From assembly GCA_963695095.1 (NCBI GenBank), contig CAVOFT010000001.1, positions 1,920,001-1,984,000 on the forward strand: a DNA stretch of 64,000 bases, written 5' to 3'. A program made the position numbers and the translations under genes. Each line of letters opens with the position of its first letter. The first letter of the stretch is position 1. Shown one piece after another: positions 9,154 through 20,130 of this stretch. The notes under the pieces were generated by a model, which saw only the letters and a list, made by a program, of their open reading frames with translations, was not told the DNA's origin and made no database searches. The stretch comes from an uncultured bacterium. GTDB taxonomy: Bacteria; Krumholzibacteriota; Krumholzibacteriia; JACNKJ01.

Positions 9154-10269
9154 ATGGATTTCGAGAAGCTGGCGAGGGAGGAGATCCTCCAGGTGAAGCC
9201 CTATGTGCCGGGCAAGCCAATGGAGGAGCTGCAGCGCGAGCGTGGCCTGCAGAGCATCATCAAGCTCGCCTCGAACGAGAATCCGCATCCGCCCAGCGCG
9301 GCCGTGCTGGCCGTGCTCGCCCAGGCCGCCGGCGAGCTCAATCGCTATCCCGACGACAGCGCCTATCACCTGCATCGGGCCATCGCCGTCCACCTGGATG
9401 TGAGCGAGCGGCGCATCTTCATCGGCAACGGCTCGGTGGAGATCCTCTACCTGCTCGCCCAGCTCTTCGTGCGGCCGGGCGAGAATCTGGTCTACGCCAC
9501 GCCCTCCTTCGTGGTCTACGACATCGTCGCCCGCCTGTCGCCGGGCGAGGGGCGACCGGTGCCCTGCGACGCCGAGTTCTGCCACGACCTCGACGCGATG
9601 CTGGCGCGCGTCGACGGGCGCACGAAGCTGGTCTTCGTCTGCAATCCCAACAATCCGACGGGGACCTACACCGACGCCCAGGCCTTGCGCCGCTTCCTCG
9701 ATGCCCTGCCCGCCGAGGTGCTGGTGGTGGTCGACGAGGCCTACTACGAGTACGTGGAGGCGGCGGACTACCCGCAGACGCTGGCCTGGCTGGACCGCTA
9801 CCCGAACCTGATCGTGCTGCGCACCTTCAGCAAGATCCACTCGCTGGCGGGCCTGCGCGTGGGCTATGCGGTGTCGCATCCGGACTTGTTGCCTCTGCTC
9901 GAGCGGGGCCGGCCGCCCTTCAACGTGAACTCGCTGTCCCAGGCGGCGGCCCTGGCTGCGCTCGGCGAGACGGAGCGCGTGAGCCGCATCAAGGCCGAGA
10001 ACAGCCGCGGGCGGGAACTCCTCAGCCGCGAACTGGCGGCGCTCGGCTGTCGGGTCCTGCCCAGCGAGACCAACTTCGTCATGGCCTTCCTGCCCGTGGA
10101 GGCCGGCCTCGCCTACGAGCGCCTGCTCGAGCAGGGCGTGATCGTCCGCCCGATGGGCAGCTTCGGCACCGCCATGAACGCCGTGCGCATCAGCGTCGGC
10201 CTGGAGGAGGAAAACCATCGCCTCCTGCGAGCGATGACCGACCTGCTCCAGCGCCACGCGCGCTCCTGA
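9154..10269 (+). CDS. hisC: Histidinol-phosphate aminotransferase
   Basis: IKLASNENP, CNPNNPTG, DEAYYEY, RTFSK PLP-lysine motif. Confidence 0.93.
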   Translation: MDFEKLAREEILQVKPYVPGKPMEELQRERGLQSIIKLASNENPHPPSAAVLAVLAQAAGELNRYPDDSAYHLHRAIAVHLDVSERRIFIGNGSVEILYLLAQLFVRPGENLVYATPSFVVYDIVARLSPGEGRPVPCDAEFCHDLDAMLARVDGRTKLVFVCNPNNPTGTYTDAQALRRFLDALPAEVLVVVDEAYYEYVEAADYPQTLAWLDRYPNLIVLRTFSKIHSLAGLRVGYAVSHPDLLPLLERGRPPFNVNSLSQAAALAALGETERVSRIKAENSRGRELLSRELAALGCRVLPSETNFVMAFLPVEAGLAYERLLEQGVIVRPMGSFGTAMNAVRISVGLEEENHRLLRAMTDLLQRHARS

Positions 10270-10282
10270 AGACGGGGGGCGC

Positions 10283-11605
10283 GTGAGCTACCGGATCCGT
10301 CCCGCCAAGAAGTTCCGCGGCCGCTGGCAGGCCGCGGGCGACAAGTCGATCACCCACCGGGCCTTTCTCTTCAATGCGCTCGCGGAGGGCGAGGCGATCA
10401 TCCGCGATGCCAACGGCGGCGCGGATTGCGCCCGCAGCCGCGCCCTGGTGGCCGCCCTCGGCGCCCAGGTGGAGCCCATCGGCGAGGGCAAGCGGGCCTG
10501 GCGCATCGTCGGCAGGGGTGGCCGCTTCCGGGTGCCGACGGGGGTCATCGACGCCGGCAACTCGGGGACCACCTTGCGCCTGGCCTGCGGCCTGCTCGCC
10601 GCCCAGCCCTTCTCGGTCACCCTCGACGGCGATGCCTCCCTGCGCCGCCGTCCGATGGCGCGCATCCAGGCGCCGCTGGCGGCCCTCGGCGCCTCGCTGA
10701 GCTTGAGCGCCGAGGGAACGGCCCCCGTGACCCTCACGGGCGGGCCCCTGCGCGGATGTGCCTATGCGAGCCCGGTGGCCAGCGCTCAGGTCAAGAGCGC
10801 TTTCCTCCTGGCCGCTGTGCAGGCGGAAGGCGAATCGCGTTTCACCGAGCCACTGGCCAGTCGCGACCACACGGAGCGCCTGCTCGCGCGCATGGGGGCC
10901 GCCATCGCGCGCGACGGCGACGGCGCCCTCCGCCTCAGCGGTCCGCAGGCGCTGCGCGCGGTGAGCCTGCAAGTGCCGGGGGACCTCTCGGCGGCCGCCT
11001 TCCTGATCGCCGCCGCGCTGCTCGTCGAAGGCGGCAGCCTGCTGATCAAGAACCTGGGCGTCAATCCCACGCGCACGGGCTTTCTGGACGTCGTCGCCCG
11101 CATGGGCGGCCGGTTCGCGCTCTACCACCCGCGCGAGGAGGGCGGGGAGCCGGTGGCCGATTTGCTCGTCCAGTACTCGCCCCTGCGCGCCGTGGAGATC
11201 CAGGCCGAGGAACTGCCGCGCCTCGTCGACGAGATCCCCATCCTCGCCGTGCTCGCCGCACGGGCGGCAGGAGAGAGCCGCTTCCACGGTCTCGCCGAGC
11301 TGCGCGTCAAGGAGAGCGACCGCCTCGCGGCGACCGCGGCGCTGCTGGCGGCCTTCGGCGCCGGCACCCGGGTGGAGGGCGAGGAACTGCACATCGACGG
11401 CGGCGCCGTGCTGCGCGGCAGCGAGTTCGACTCCGGCGGGGATCACCGGCTGGCCATGGCCGCCAGCGTGCTGGCCCTCGTCAGCCGCGGCGAGAGCCAC
11501 ATCACGGACACGTCCTGCGTGGCGACCAGCTTTCCCGAGTTCCCCGGCCTCCTGCGCCGCTTCGCCGATGGCGCCCTCGCGCAGGACGGCGAACCCGCAT
11601 GTTGA
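10283..11605 (+). CDS. aroA: 3-phosphoshikimate 1-carboxyvinyltransferase
   Basis: DKSITHR, GNSGTT, ASAQVKS, RDHTER, LRVKESDRL, DHRLAM. Confidence 0.97.
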   Translation: MSYRIRPAKKFRGRWQAAGDKSITHRAFLFNALAEGEAIIRDANGGADCARSRALVAALGAQVEPIGEGKRAWRIVGRGGRFRVPTGVIDAGNSGTTLRLACGLLAAQPFSVTLDGDASLRRRPMARIQAPLAALGASLSLSAEGTAPVTLTGGPLRGCAYASPVASAQVKSAFLLAAVQAEGESRFTEPLASRDHTERLLARMGAAIARDGDGALRLSGPQALRAVSLQVPGDLSAAAFLIAAALLVEGGSLLIKNLGVNPTRTGFLDVVARMGGRFALYHPREEGGEPVADLLVQYSPLRAVEIQAEELPRLVDEIPILAVLAARAAGESRFHGLAELRVKESDRLAATAALLAAFGAGTRVEGEELHIDGGAVLRGSEFDSGGDHRLAMAASVLALVSRGESHITDTSCVATSFPEFPGLLRRFADGALAQDGEPAC

Positions 11606-12945
11606 TCACGATCGACGGCCCGGCCGCGAGCGGCAAGAGCACGCTGGCCCGCGCCGTCGCCGCCGCGCTGGGCCTCGACTACCTCGACAGCGGCGCCCTG
11701 TATCGGACCGCCACGCTGGCGGCCCTGCGCGCCGATCTCCCGCCGACGGCCGGACCCGGCCTGACGGCCTTCCTTGCCCAGCTCGCCCTCCGCTATCAGT
11801 ATCGCAAGGGCCGCGTGGCGCTCTTTCTCGGCAGCGAAGAGGTGAGCGAGGAGATCCGCGGCGCGGCCGTCACCGCGGCGGTCAGCGCCTTCAGCGCCCT
11901 GGCCGAGCTGCGCACGCATCTCGTGCAGGTCCAGCGCCGCTTCGCGGAGGGGCGCGACCTGATCGCCGAGGGCCGGGACATGGGCAGCGTGGTCTTCCCG
12001 GACGCCGAGCTGAAGGTCTTCCTGGAGGCCGATGCCCAGGTGCGCGCTCGCCGCCGCGCGGGCGATTTCCGGGAGCAGGGCCGGGCGGTGGGGCAGGCCC
12101 AGGTGGCCGCGGAGCTCGCCCGCCGCGATGAGCTGGACAGCGGTCGCGCCCACTCGCCGCTGGTGAAGCCGGAAGGGGCGGTGGTCCTGGACAACAGCCG
12201 GCTCAGCGTCGAGGCGCTCGTCGCCGAGGTGATGCGCCTGGCCGAGGAGCGCTGGCCGCCGCCGCGCATCGATCCGGAGTCCCTGCTGTTCACGGAGGAC
12301 ACGACGGCGCTGCCGGCGCCCCGGATGCGCCCGCACTATCGCTTCGCCTGGCTCAGCGTGCGCATCATCCTGCGGCTTCTGTTCGGACTGCGCTACGTCC
12401 ATGCCGAGCGGGCGCGCCTGCACGGGCCGCTGCTCGTGGCGAGCAATCACATCGGCTGGCTGGATCCCCCGGCGGTGGGCGGCGCGCTGCCAAGAGAACT
12501 CAGCTACGTTGCCAAGCGGGAGCTCTTCCGGCCGGCCCCCTTCGCCGCCCTGATCCGCTCCTACAACGCGGTGCCGATTCGCCGCGGCAGCTTCGACCGC
12601 GCCTGCTTCGACGTGCTGCGGCGCCGCGTGCAGGCGGGCGGCGCCGTGCTCTTCTTTCCCGAGGGCACGCGCAAGCCGGTCGGCCGCCTGGGCCGCGCCA
12701 AGTTCGGGCTGGGCCTGCTTGCCGAGGAGACCGGGGCGCCGGTGCTGCCGCTGTTCGTCAAGGGCAGCACCCGCCTGGGGGCCGCCTTCCTGCGCCGGAC
12801 CCGCGTGGAGGTCTGGGTGGGGCGACCGCTCTCGATGGCATCCCTGGCGGCCGGCGGCCTCAGCGGCCGGGCCCTGCTGGACGCCTTCGGCGAGGGCGTG
12901 ATGGCCGAAATCGCCCGCCTGCAGCGGGAGGCGGGCGGCGCCTGA
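11599..12945 (+). CDS. cmk: Fused cytidylate kinase / 1-acyl-glycerol-3-phosphate acyltransferase (PlsC-type)
   Basis: N-terminal ITIDGPAASGKST, YLDSGALYR, EGRDMG; C-terminal NHxxxxD, AKREL, FPEGTR, all in one frame. Confidence 0.9.
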   Translation: MLITIDGPAASGKSTLARAVAAALGLDYLDSGALYRTATLAALRADLPPTAGPGLTAFLAQLALRYQYRKGRVALFLGSEEVSEEIRGAAVTAAVSAFSALAELRTHLVQVQRRFAEGRDLIAEGRDMGSVVFPDAELKVFLEADAQVRARRRAGDFREQGRAVGQAQVAAELARRDELDSGRAHSPLVKPEGAVVLDNSRLSVEALVAEVMRLAEERWPPPRIDPESLLFTEDTTALPAPRMRPHYRFAWLSVRIILRLLFGLRYVHAERARLHGPLLVASNHIGWLDPPAVGGALPRELSYVAKRELFRPAPFAALIRSYNAVPIRRGSFDRACFDVLRRRVQAGGAVLFFPEGTRKPVGRLGRAKFGLGLLAEETGAPVLPLFVKGSTRLGAAFLRRTRVEVWVGRPLSMASLAAGGLSGRALLDAFGEGVMAEIARLQREAGGA

Positions 12946-12951
12946 GCCCCC

Positions 12952-12980
12952 TTGCATTCCGGGGCTTTTTGGCCTACTGT
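12952..12980 (+). promoter_or_regulatory. sigma70-type promoter of rpsA
   Basis: TTGCAT-17 nt-TACTGT upstream of the AGGAGG RBS. Confidence 0.6.
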
Positions 12981-13041
12981 CAACGGGTTGCCCGGCTTCT
13001 GCCGGGCAGCGCGAACATCACCCTCAGGAGGAAACGCGTCC

Positions 13042-14975
13042 ATGGACTCAACGCACTCGACCCCGACGGGCCCTGGCGAGCACCAGGCGAGCTCCGAATC
13101 CACCCGGAAGGGGGGTGAGAGCGACATCGCGTCCGCCGGCACGGCGACGCGCAAGGATCGGCAATTGAACCAGCGCCTGGGTCTGGAGGTCGAGGAGCTG
13201 GCCAGCGGCCGCACCGACATCCACCACGAAGTGAGCTTCGAGGATCAGATGCTGCAGTACGAGGCGACCCTCAAGGAGATCAAGGAAGGCGAGATCGTCC
13301 GCGGGAGCATCCTGCAGATCGGCGAGAACGAAGTGCAGATCAACGTGGGCTTCAAGAGCGAGGGCTATATCCCGCGCTCGGAATTCGGAAGCCAGGCGAT
13401 CGCGGTCGGCGACGAGGTGGACGTCTTCCTCGAGAGCCTGGAGGACCAGGACGGCCTGGTCGTCCTCTCCAAGGAGAAGGCCGACTTCCTCAAGGTCTGG
13501 GACACGATCAAGGAGGCCTACGACACCGGCAACATCATGGAGGGCGTCGTCGATCGCCGCATCAAGGGCGGGCTCGTCGTGCGCTTCCTCGGCGTCGACG
13601 CCTTCCTGCCCGGCAGCCAGGTCGCGCTGCGCCAGGTTCCCAACCTGGAGGCGCTCATCGGCCAGACCTTCGCCTTCAAGATCATCAAGCTCAACAAGCG
13701 GCGGCGCAACATCGTGGTCAGCCGGCGCACGGTGCTCGAGGAGGAGCGCAACGGCTCAAGGCCCAGATCATCCAGGAGCTGGCCAAGGGCCAGGTGCGCC
13801 GCGGCACGGTCAAGAACATCACCGACTTCGGCGCCTTCGTGGACCTGGGCGGCATCGACGGCCTGCTGCACCTCACCGACATGAGCTGGGGCCGCATCAG
13901 CCATCCGAGCGAGCTGGTGGCGATCGGCGACGAGATCGAGGTCAAGGTGCTCGACATCGACCTCGAGCGCGAGCGCATCAGCCTCGGCCTCAAGCAGCTC
14001 ACGCCCTACCCCTGGGACAACGTCGAGGCGAAGTTCGCCGTCGAGTCGGTGGTCAAGGGCAAGGTGGTCTCCATCACCGACTACGGCGCCTTCGTCGAGC
14101 TGGAGAAGGGCGTCGAGGGCCTGATCCACATCAGCGAGATGTCCTGGACCCGCCACGTCAAGCACCCGAGCAAGGTCGTCAGCATCGGGCAGGAACTGGA
14201 AGCCAAGGTGCTCACCGTGGATCGGGAGAATGAGAAGATCAGCCTCGGCCTCAAGCAGACCGAGCCGGATCCCTGGGACACCCTGGACGACAAGTACCCG
14301 ATCGGCTCGATCGTGGCGGGCAAGGTGCGCAACCTCACCAACTTCGGCGCCTTCGTCGAGCTGGAGGAGGGCATCGACGGCCTGGTGCACATCAGCGACA
14401 TGAGCTGGACGCGGCGCATCCGTCACCCGCGCGAGTTGCTGGCCAAGGGTGACGACGTCGAAGTCGTGATCCTGGCCATCGACAAGGACATCCGGCGCAT
14501 CAGCCTGGGCGTCAAGCAGCTCACCCCGGATCCCTGGCTCGAGTTGAGCACGAAGTACGGGGAGGGCACCTTTGTCGAGGCCAAGGTCGTCAGGCCTCTG
14601 GAGCGCGGCGTGGTGGTCGAGGTCGAAGATGGCGTCGAGGGCTTCATTCCCGTCAGCCATCTCGGCGATCGCAACATCAAGCAGCCGGAACTCCATTTCG
14701 CGGAGGAGGACATGATTCCGGCCAAGGTGATCAAGGTGGATCACGAAGGCCGGCGCATCGTCCTCTCGGTGGGCGACCGCCTGCGCGAAGAGGGCGCCGA
14801 GGCGCACCAGGAGTACATGGACAAGTACGGCAAGCCACGCTTCACGCCCCGGGAGAAGAAGCCGGACGAGGAGGGGCTGGATCTGGACGACGGCGACCTC
14901 GGTGCCGGCGCGGAGGACGTGCCGGAGATCGCGGAGCTGCCAGATCAGCCGGAGCCGCCGGAGGCCGAGGTCTAG
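13042..14975 (+). CDS. rpsA: 30S ribosomal protein S1 (six S1 domains); apparent 1-nt deletion near 13750
   Basis: Two ORFs join at EEERN/RLKAQIIQEL; FLPGSQV, VSRR and repeated GAFV..GLxHxxxMSW motifs. Confidence 0.95.
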
Positions 14976-15015
14976 AGCGGCGGCGCTCGCCCGCTGCGGG
15001 CGCCAGTGGAGACCC

Positions 15016-15060
15016 ATGGGCGAGGGGAGGTCGGGACTGCCAGGCCTCCCCTTCGCCTAT
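15016..15060 (+). terminator. Stem-loop downstream of rpsA (terminator or stabiliser)
   Basis: ATGGGCGAGGGGAGG...CCTCCCCTTCGCCTAT inverted repeat; no strong U-tract. Confidence 0.5.
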
Positions 15061-15083
15061 CCACCCCAGCGCAGGAGTCGTCC

Positions 15084-16400
15084 TTGCCCAAGGTGCTCGC
15101 TCGTGCCGGCCGCGTGGCCCTCTTCACCCAGGGCTGCAAGGTGAATCAGTACGATACCCAGGTGCTGCTGGAGGGCTTCCTCGCCCGCGGCTGGGAACTC
15201 GTGGCCTTCGGCGAAGCGGCCGAGCTCACGGTGATCAATTCCTGCACCGTCACGGCGGGGGCCGACAGCGACCTGCGCCGGCTCGTCGCGCGCGCGCGGC
15301 GGGCCAGCGGCGGGGGGCGGGTGCTCGTCACGGGTTGCCGGGCCGAAGTGGACCCCGCGGGCAGTGCGGAGCTCGCCGGCGTCGATCTCGTCGTCGGCAA
15401 TCGGAGCAAGGGCGCGCTCTTCGGGGTGTTGGCCGGCGAGGCGGGGCCGAGCGCCTTTCCCGACCGCGTGTCGGAAGACCCGATCACGCGCTTCGACGGC
15501 CGCGGCCGCGCCATCTTGAAGATCCAGGACGGCTGCAATCTGCGCTGCAGCTTCTGCATCGTGCCCATGGCCCGCGGCGCCAGCCGCAGCCGGAGCACGG
15601 CCGAGACGATCGCCCGCGCCCGTCTGCTCGCCGAGCACGGCTATCGCGAAATCGTGCTCTCGGGCATCCAGCTCGGCTTCTATCGCGATCCCGATGGCGA
15701 GGCCGCCGACCTGGCAACGCTCCTCGAACGCCTGCTGGCAGCCACGGCCGGCGTGCGCTATCGGCTCGGTTCCCTCCTGCCGCGGCACCTGAGTCCCGCA
15801 TTGCGCGCCTTGCTGCGCGCGGAGCCCGAGCGGCTCTGTCCGCATCTGCACATTTCCCTGCAGAGCGGCGACGACGGGGTGCTGCGCGCCATGAAGCGCC
15901 CTTACCGGGCCGCCGACTACCGCGAGCTGCTGCACGGACTCACGGCAGAGCTGCCGGATCCCTGCCTGGGCACGGACCTCATCGTCGGCCACCCCGGCGA
16001 GGACGGCTCCGCCTTCGCGCGCTGCCTGGACTTCGTGGCCGAGCTGCCGCTCAGCTACGGCCACGTGTTTCCCTACTCGCCGCGGCCGGGCACGCGGTCG
16101 GCGAGCCTGGGCGGCGGCGCCGCGCCGGCGGAGAAGGCGGCGCGCAGTCGCGCGCTGCGCGCCGTGCTGGCGGCAAAGGGCGAGGCCTACCGCGCCCGTC
16201 AGCTGGGCCGGCGCCTGGCGGTGATCGCCGAGCAGGCCGCGGCGCCCGATCTCTGGCAAGGAACCAGCGAGAACTACCAGCGGGTGCTGGTCAGCGGAGC
16301 CGGCGCCGCGGCGGGAGCCCTGCTCACGGTGCGGGTGACGGGGCAGCAGGGTTCGGCGCTTGCCGCGCAGCGGCTGGCCGGCGCGGGGGCCGGGCGATGA
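15084..16400 (+). CDS. mtaB: tRNA methylthiotransferase, MtaB type
   Basis: GCKVNQYD, INSCTVT, VTGC, KIQDGCNLRCSFC; AGGAG before TTG 15084. Confidence 0.85.
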   Translation: MPKVLARAGRVALFTQGCKVNQYDTQVLLEGFLARGWELVAFGEAAELTVINSCTVTAGADSDLRRLVARARRASGGGRVLVTGCRAEVDPAGSAELAGVDLVVGNRSKGALFGVLAGEAGPSAFPDRVSEDPITRFDGRGRAILKIQDGCNLRCSFCIVPMARGASRSRSTAETIARARLLAEHGYREIVLSGIQLGFYRDPDGEAADLATLLERLLAATAGVRYRLGSLLPRHLSPALRALLRAEPERLCPHLHISLQSGDDGVLRAMKRPYRAADYRELLHGLTAELPDPCLGTDLIVGHPGEDGSAFARCLDFVAELPLSYGHVFPYSPRPGTRSASLGGGAAPAEKAARSRALRAVLAAKGEAYRARQLGRRLAVIAEQAAAPDLWQGTSENYQRVLVSGAGAAAGALLTVRVTGQQGSALAAQRLAGAGAGR

Positions 16401-17764
16401 GCGGCAAGGCCGGCGGCAAGCACCGCTTCTACATCGAAACCTACGGTTGCCAGATGAACGCCTACGACTCGCAGGTGATCGAGGGCGTGCTCGAGGCCGC
16501 CGGCCACGCCAAGGTCGAGCGGCCTGAGGACTCGGACCTGATCCTGCTCAACACCTGCTCGGTGCGGGAACAGGCGGAGCAGCGGGTGCTCGGGCGCATC
16601 GGTCAACTCGCCGGCCTCAGGCGGGGGCGCGCGGAGCGGCTCTACCTCGGCGTCGTCGGCTGCATGGCCCAGCGCCTGGGCCCGGCCCTCTTCGGCGCCG
16701 ATGCCCGCCGCAGTCGCGTGGACTTCGTGGTCGGTCCCCAGCAGTACAAGCAGCTGCCGCGCATCCTGGCCCAGGTGGCGGCGACGGCGGCGCCGAGCGC
16801 GGACAACTACTTCACGGACTTCGACCAGCTCGTCACCTACCAGGCCAAGCCCAAGAGCGCGCCGCCCGGCGGCACCCACTTCGTGGCGGTCATGCACGGC
16901 TGCGACAAGTTCTGCTCCTACTGTATCGTGCCGTTCACGCGCGGCCGCGAGCGGAGCAAGGCCTGGCCGGAAATCGTCGAGGAAGTCGAACTGCTGGCGG
17001 CCCAGGGCGCCTTCGAGGTCACCCTGCTCGGGCAGACGATCTCGAGCTACAGCGATGGGGGGCTGGACTTCGCGGGCCTGCTCGCCAAGGTGCATGCAGT
17101 GCCCGGCCTCGAGAGCATCCGCTTCCTGACCAGCTACCCCACCGATATGACCCCCGCGCTCTTCGCGCGCATCGGCGAGCTGCCCAAGGTGGGGACCGGA
17201 ATCCATCTGCCCTTCCAGTCGGGGAGCAATCGCCTGCTGACGGCGATGAATCGCCGCTACCGCATCGAGGAGTACGAGGCCATCCTGGCCGCCGGGCGCC
17301 GGGCGGTGCCGGATCTCCTCTTCTCGACCGACGTCATCGTCGGCTATCCGGGCGAAACGGAGGCCGACTTCGCCGCTACCCTGGCCGTCGTGGAGCGCCA
17401 GCGCTTCAGCGCCGCCTTCATGTTCAAGTATTCCCCGCGCGAGGGCACGCTGGCCTGGCGGCGCGAGAGCGAGGAACTGCCCGCCGCGGTGAAGGAGGAA
17501 CGGCTCGCCCGTCTGATGGCCCTGCAGGACGCGCAGACGCAGGCGGTGCTCGCCGAGCAGCTCGGGCGGGAGCTGGAGATACTGCTTGATGAACCCAGCA
17601 AAAAGGACGAAACTCGGCTTCGCGGACGCACGCGCAACAATTTGCGCGTGATCGTCGACGGCCACCCCGACCTGCGCATCGGGATGAAGCTGAAGGTGCG
17701 ACCGCACGCCATTGCGGGCACCAGCCTGCTGGCGGTGCCCGTGGATGCTGCTCCGGGAGGCTGA
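16397..17764 (+). CDS. miaB: tRNA-2-methylthio-N6-dimethylallyladenosine synthase
   Basis: TYGCQMN, NTCSVRE, GCMAQR, GCDKFCSYC, YSPREGT, TRAM domain. Confidence 0.95.
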   Translation: MSGKAGGKHRFYIETYGCQMNAYDSQVIEGVLEAAGHAKVERPEDSDLILLNTCSVREQAEQRVLGRIGQLAGLRRGRAERLYLGVVGCMAQRLGPALFGADARRSRVDFVVGPQQYKQLPRILAQVAATAAPSADNYFTDFDQLVTYQAKPKSAPPGGTHFVAVMHGCDKFCSYCIVPFTRGRERSKAWPEIVEEVELLAAQGAFEVTLLGQTISSYSDGGLDFAGLLAKVHAVPGLESIRFLTSYPTDMTPALFARIGELPKVGTGIHLPFQSGSNRLLTAMNRRYRIEEYEAILAAGRRAVPDLLFSTDVIVGYPGETEADFAATLAVVERQRFSAAFMFKYSPREGTLAWRRESEELPAAVKEERLARLMALQDAQTQAVLAEQLGRELEILLDEPSKKDETRLRGRTRNNLRVIVDGHPDLRIGMKLKVRPHAIAGTSLLAVPVDAAPGG

Positions 17765-17766
17765 GC

Positions 17767-18111
17767 ATGTGGATCTTGCAGCGCTTCTTCGTCGTCGTGG
17801 CCATCGCCCTGATCCTGCTCATGGGCATGCTCAATGCGGATGAGCAGGTGACGGTGCGCTACTGGTTCGGCACCGCCTACGCCTACCACGACAGCCCCCT
17901 GCCGCTGGTCATGGTGACCTTCTTCTTGATGGGCGTGCTCTTCTACTACCTGTTCTCGGTGGCCCGGGAATGGCGCCTGCGCGCGGAGATTCGCCGTCTG
18001 CGCAAGTTGAGCGATAACAAGGATCGCGAGCTGCGCGATCTGCGCAACCTGCCCCTGGACGACCTGGCGGAGTCCGAGGGCGGCTATGAAACGGGGCTGC
18101 GAGCGCCGTGA
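17767..18111 (+). CDS. lapA: LapA-family (LPS assembly protein A) membrane protein
   Basis: Two hydrophobic segments, N...V, PL motif and coiled tail; directly upstream of a LapB-like gene. Confidence 0.7.
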   Translation: MWILQRFFVVVAIALILLMGMLNADEQVTVRYWFGTAYAYHDSPLPLVMVTFFLMGVLFYYLFSVAREWRLRAEIRRLRKLSDNKDRELRDLRNLPLDDLAESEGGYETGLRAP

Positions 18112-19274
18112 CGGACCTCTCCTGGCTCCTGCCGATCACGCTCGTCGTCCTCGTGGTGGTGCTCGTCGTCTACCGGCGGCAGCGGGGCACGAAGGCGAAG
18201 GCGCCCATCGTCGATCATCATCTGGCGGCGCTGGAGGCCCTGGCGGACGGGGACGGCGCCCGCGCCCTCGGCGAGCTGCAGATGGCCGTGCAGCAGGGGC
18301 AGGGCGGCGTCGACGCCTACCTGCGCCTGGCCGAGCTCTCGCGCGCCGAGGGCCAGCTCAAGAAGGCCATCCACCTGCATCGTTCCCTGGCGGTCAACAC
18401 GAGCTGGAGTCCGGCCGTGCGCCAGCGCATCTTGCGCGGCCTGGCCGAGGACTACCTCGCCGCCGGCCGCTGGGACGATGCGCTCACCCAGCTCGACGAG
18501 TTGCGCAAGCTCGACGCTCGCGACCCGGCCATCTACCGCCGCCTCTGCCAGGTCTACCTGCGCAAGCAGGACGGCGAGCGCGCTGAACAGGCGCTCAAGC
18601 GCGCGCATCGCCTGGAGGGCAAGGCGCGCGGTGACGAGCTGGCCATCCTGCACAGCGAACTCGCGCGGCGCTTCCTCGCCGACCAGCGGCAGCGGGAGGC
18701 CGCCAAGGCCGTCGAGGAAGCCCTCAAGCTGGATCCGGCCTGCCTGCCGGCATTGCGTCTCTCGGTGGACCTGGCGCTGCACGAGGGCAAGGAGCAGGAG
18801 GCGGCCGATGCCCTGCAGCGCCTCGCTCTCACCGCGCAGCCGGGTTCAGAAGATGATTATGCCCGCATGGAAAAGCACTTCTTCGACCTCGGCCGCTACC
18901 ACGAGATCCAGTTCGTCTACCAGGAGGTGCTCAGCAAGGAGCCCGGCTTCTGGCCGGCCCGTTTCGCCCTGGCCCGCATCCTCCAGAAGCGCGGCCGACG
19001 CGATGAGGCGGTGCACCTCCTCGATCCGGGGCTGGAGGGCGACTCCGCGACGGCGGGGCGCGCCGCTGCGCTCCTGCTCGATTGGGAGCAGCCGGAGCGC
19101 GCTCGGCGCTGGCTGGAGCGCTGGGCGGGCGAGGTCCAGCCTCGTGTGACCACCTACCGCTGTCGCACCTGCGGTGTCGAGCACGCACGACCGCGCTGGT
19201 ATTGCCCCGCCTGCCATGCCTTCAAGAGCTACGAGCCCGTCCGCGAGGACTACCGTGTTCAGCGCGCGACTTGA
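18108..19274 (+). CDS. lapB: LapB-like TPR protein with C-terminal rubredoxin domain
   Basis: N-terminal TM helix, AIHLH TPR region, YRCRTCG...WYCPAC. Confidence 0.8.
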   Translation: MTDLSWLLPITLVVLVVVLVVYRRQRGTKAKAPIVDHHLAALEALADGDGARALGELQMAVQQGQGGVDAYLRLAELSRAEGQLKKAIHLHRSLAVNTSWSPAVRQRILRGLAEDYLAAGRWDDALTQLDELRKLDARDPAIYRRLCQVYLRKQDGERAEQALKRAHRLEGKARGDELAILHSELARRFLADQRQREAAKAVEEALKLDPACLPALRLSVDLALHEGKEQEAADALQRLALTAQPGSEDDYARMEKHFFDLGRYHEIQFVYQEVLSKEPGFWPARFALARILQKRGRRDEAVHLLDPGLEGDSATAGRAAALLLDWEQPERARRWLERWAGEVQPRVTTYRCRTCGVEHARPRWYCPACHAFKSYEPVREDYRVQRAT

Positions 19275-20130
19275 GCGGGAGTGGCGCCGCGCGGGGAGGC
19301 TCTGCGCCCTCGCCCTGCTGCTCGCCCTGCTGCCTGCCACGGCCACGGCCTCGGCCTGGCCCACGCCGCCCCGCGCCGCGGCGGTCAGCCTGGGCAACCT
19401 CCGGCCGGCGGAGGCGCAGGACTATCGCTTCGCGGCCGGCTTCTACCAGGCCCTGAGCCGCGAGCTGGGCGCGGGCGACACCGGACGCCTCGACGCCGTC
19501 AGGGCGAATTTCCTTGGACGCGCCCTGCTCAGCCTCGGCGAAGGGGCCGCGGCCAACCGCCTGCTCGGCCGCCGCCGGGATCTGCCGCCCAATCTGGGTC
19601 TGCTCCTCGCGCTCACCGTCAAGCCGTCCGCCTGGAGTGCCCTCGAGCGAGAGCGCTGGCGGGCCGCCTTCCCCGCCGAGGATGCGGAATCGCTCTTCTG
19701 GCGGGCGCGCCTGGCGCAGGCGATGGGGGATACAGGCGGGGCGCGGCAGGGTCTCGCCGAGCTGCTGCGCCGGGAGCCGGGCTCCGTCTTCGCGCCGGCA
19801 GCGCTCGAACTGCTGCAGTCCCTGCCGGCGCCGGCGCCCCTGGCGAGCGGACCGGGCGCCGTCGGCGAGCTGCGCGTGCAGTGGGGCGTCTTCCGGGAGA
19901 CGCAGGGCGCCCGCCGGCTGCTCGACGCCCTGCTGGCCTACGGTCAGCCGGCGGAACTCCTGCGCACCCTCGCCGGGGGCCAGGAGCTCTTCCGCGTCTG
20001 CTCGCCGCCCGTGGCCACGGAAGCGGAGGCGCAGGCCCTGGGCGAGCAGTTGCGCCTGCGCTACGCACTGGATTTCGTGATCTACCGGCCGGCGCGCGAC
20101 GACCATGAGGAGTCCGGAGCGCGGCGATGA
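19271..20130 (+). CDS. Secreted protein with C-terminal SPOR-like domain; start uncertain (probable indel near 19295)
   Basis: Hydrophobic signal peptide; TPR-like SLFWRARLA; VQWGVF...FRV SPOR-like pattern. TTG at 19271 overlaps the lapB stop but needs one extra G to be in frame. Confidence 0.55.

Noticed and set aside
13800..14540. Repeated nucleotide segments (e.g. CAGCCTCGGCCTCAAGCAG, GGCGCCTTCGTCGAGCTGGAG) as DNA repeats or CRISPR
   Set aside because: They are the internal S1-domain repeats of rpsA; there is no repeat-spacer periodicity and no cas genes.
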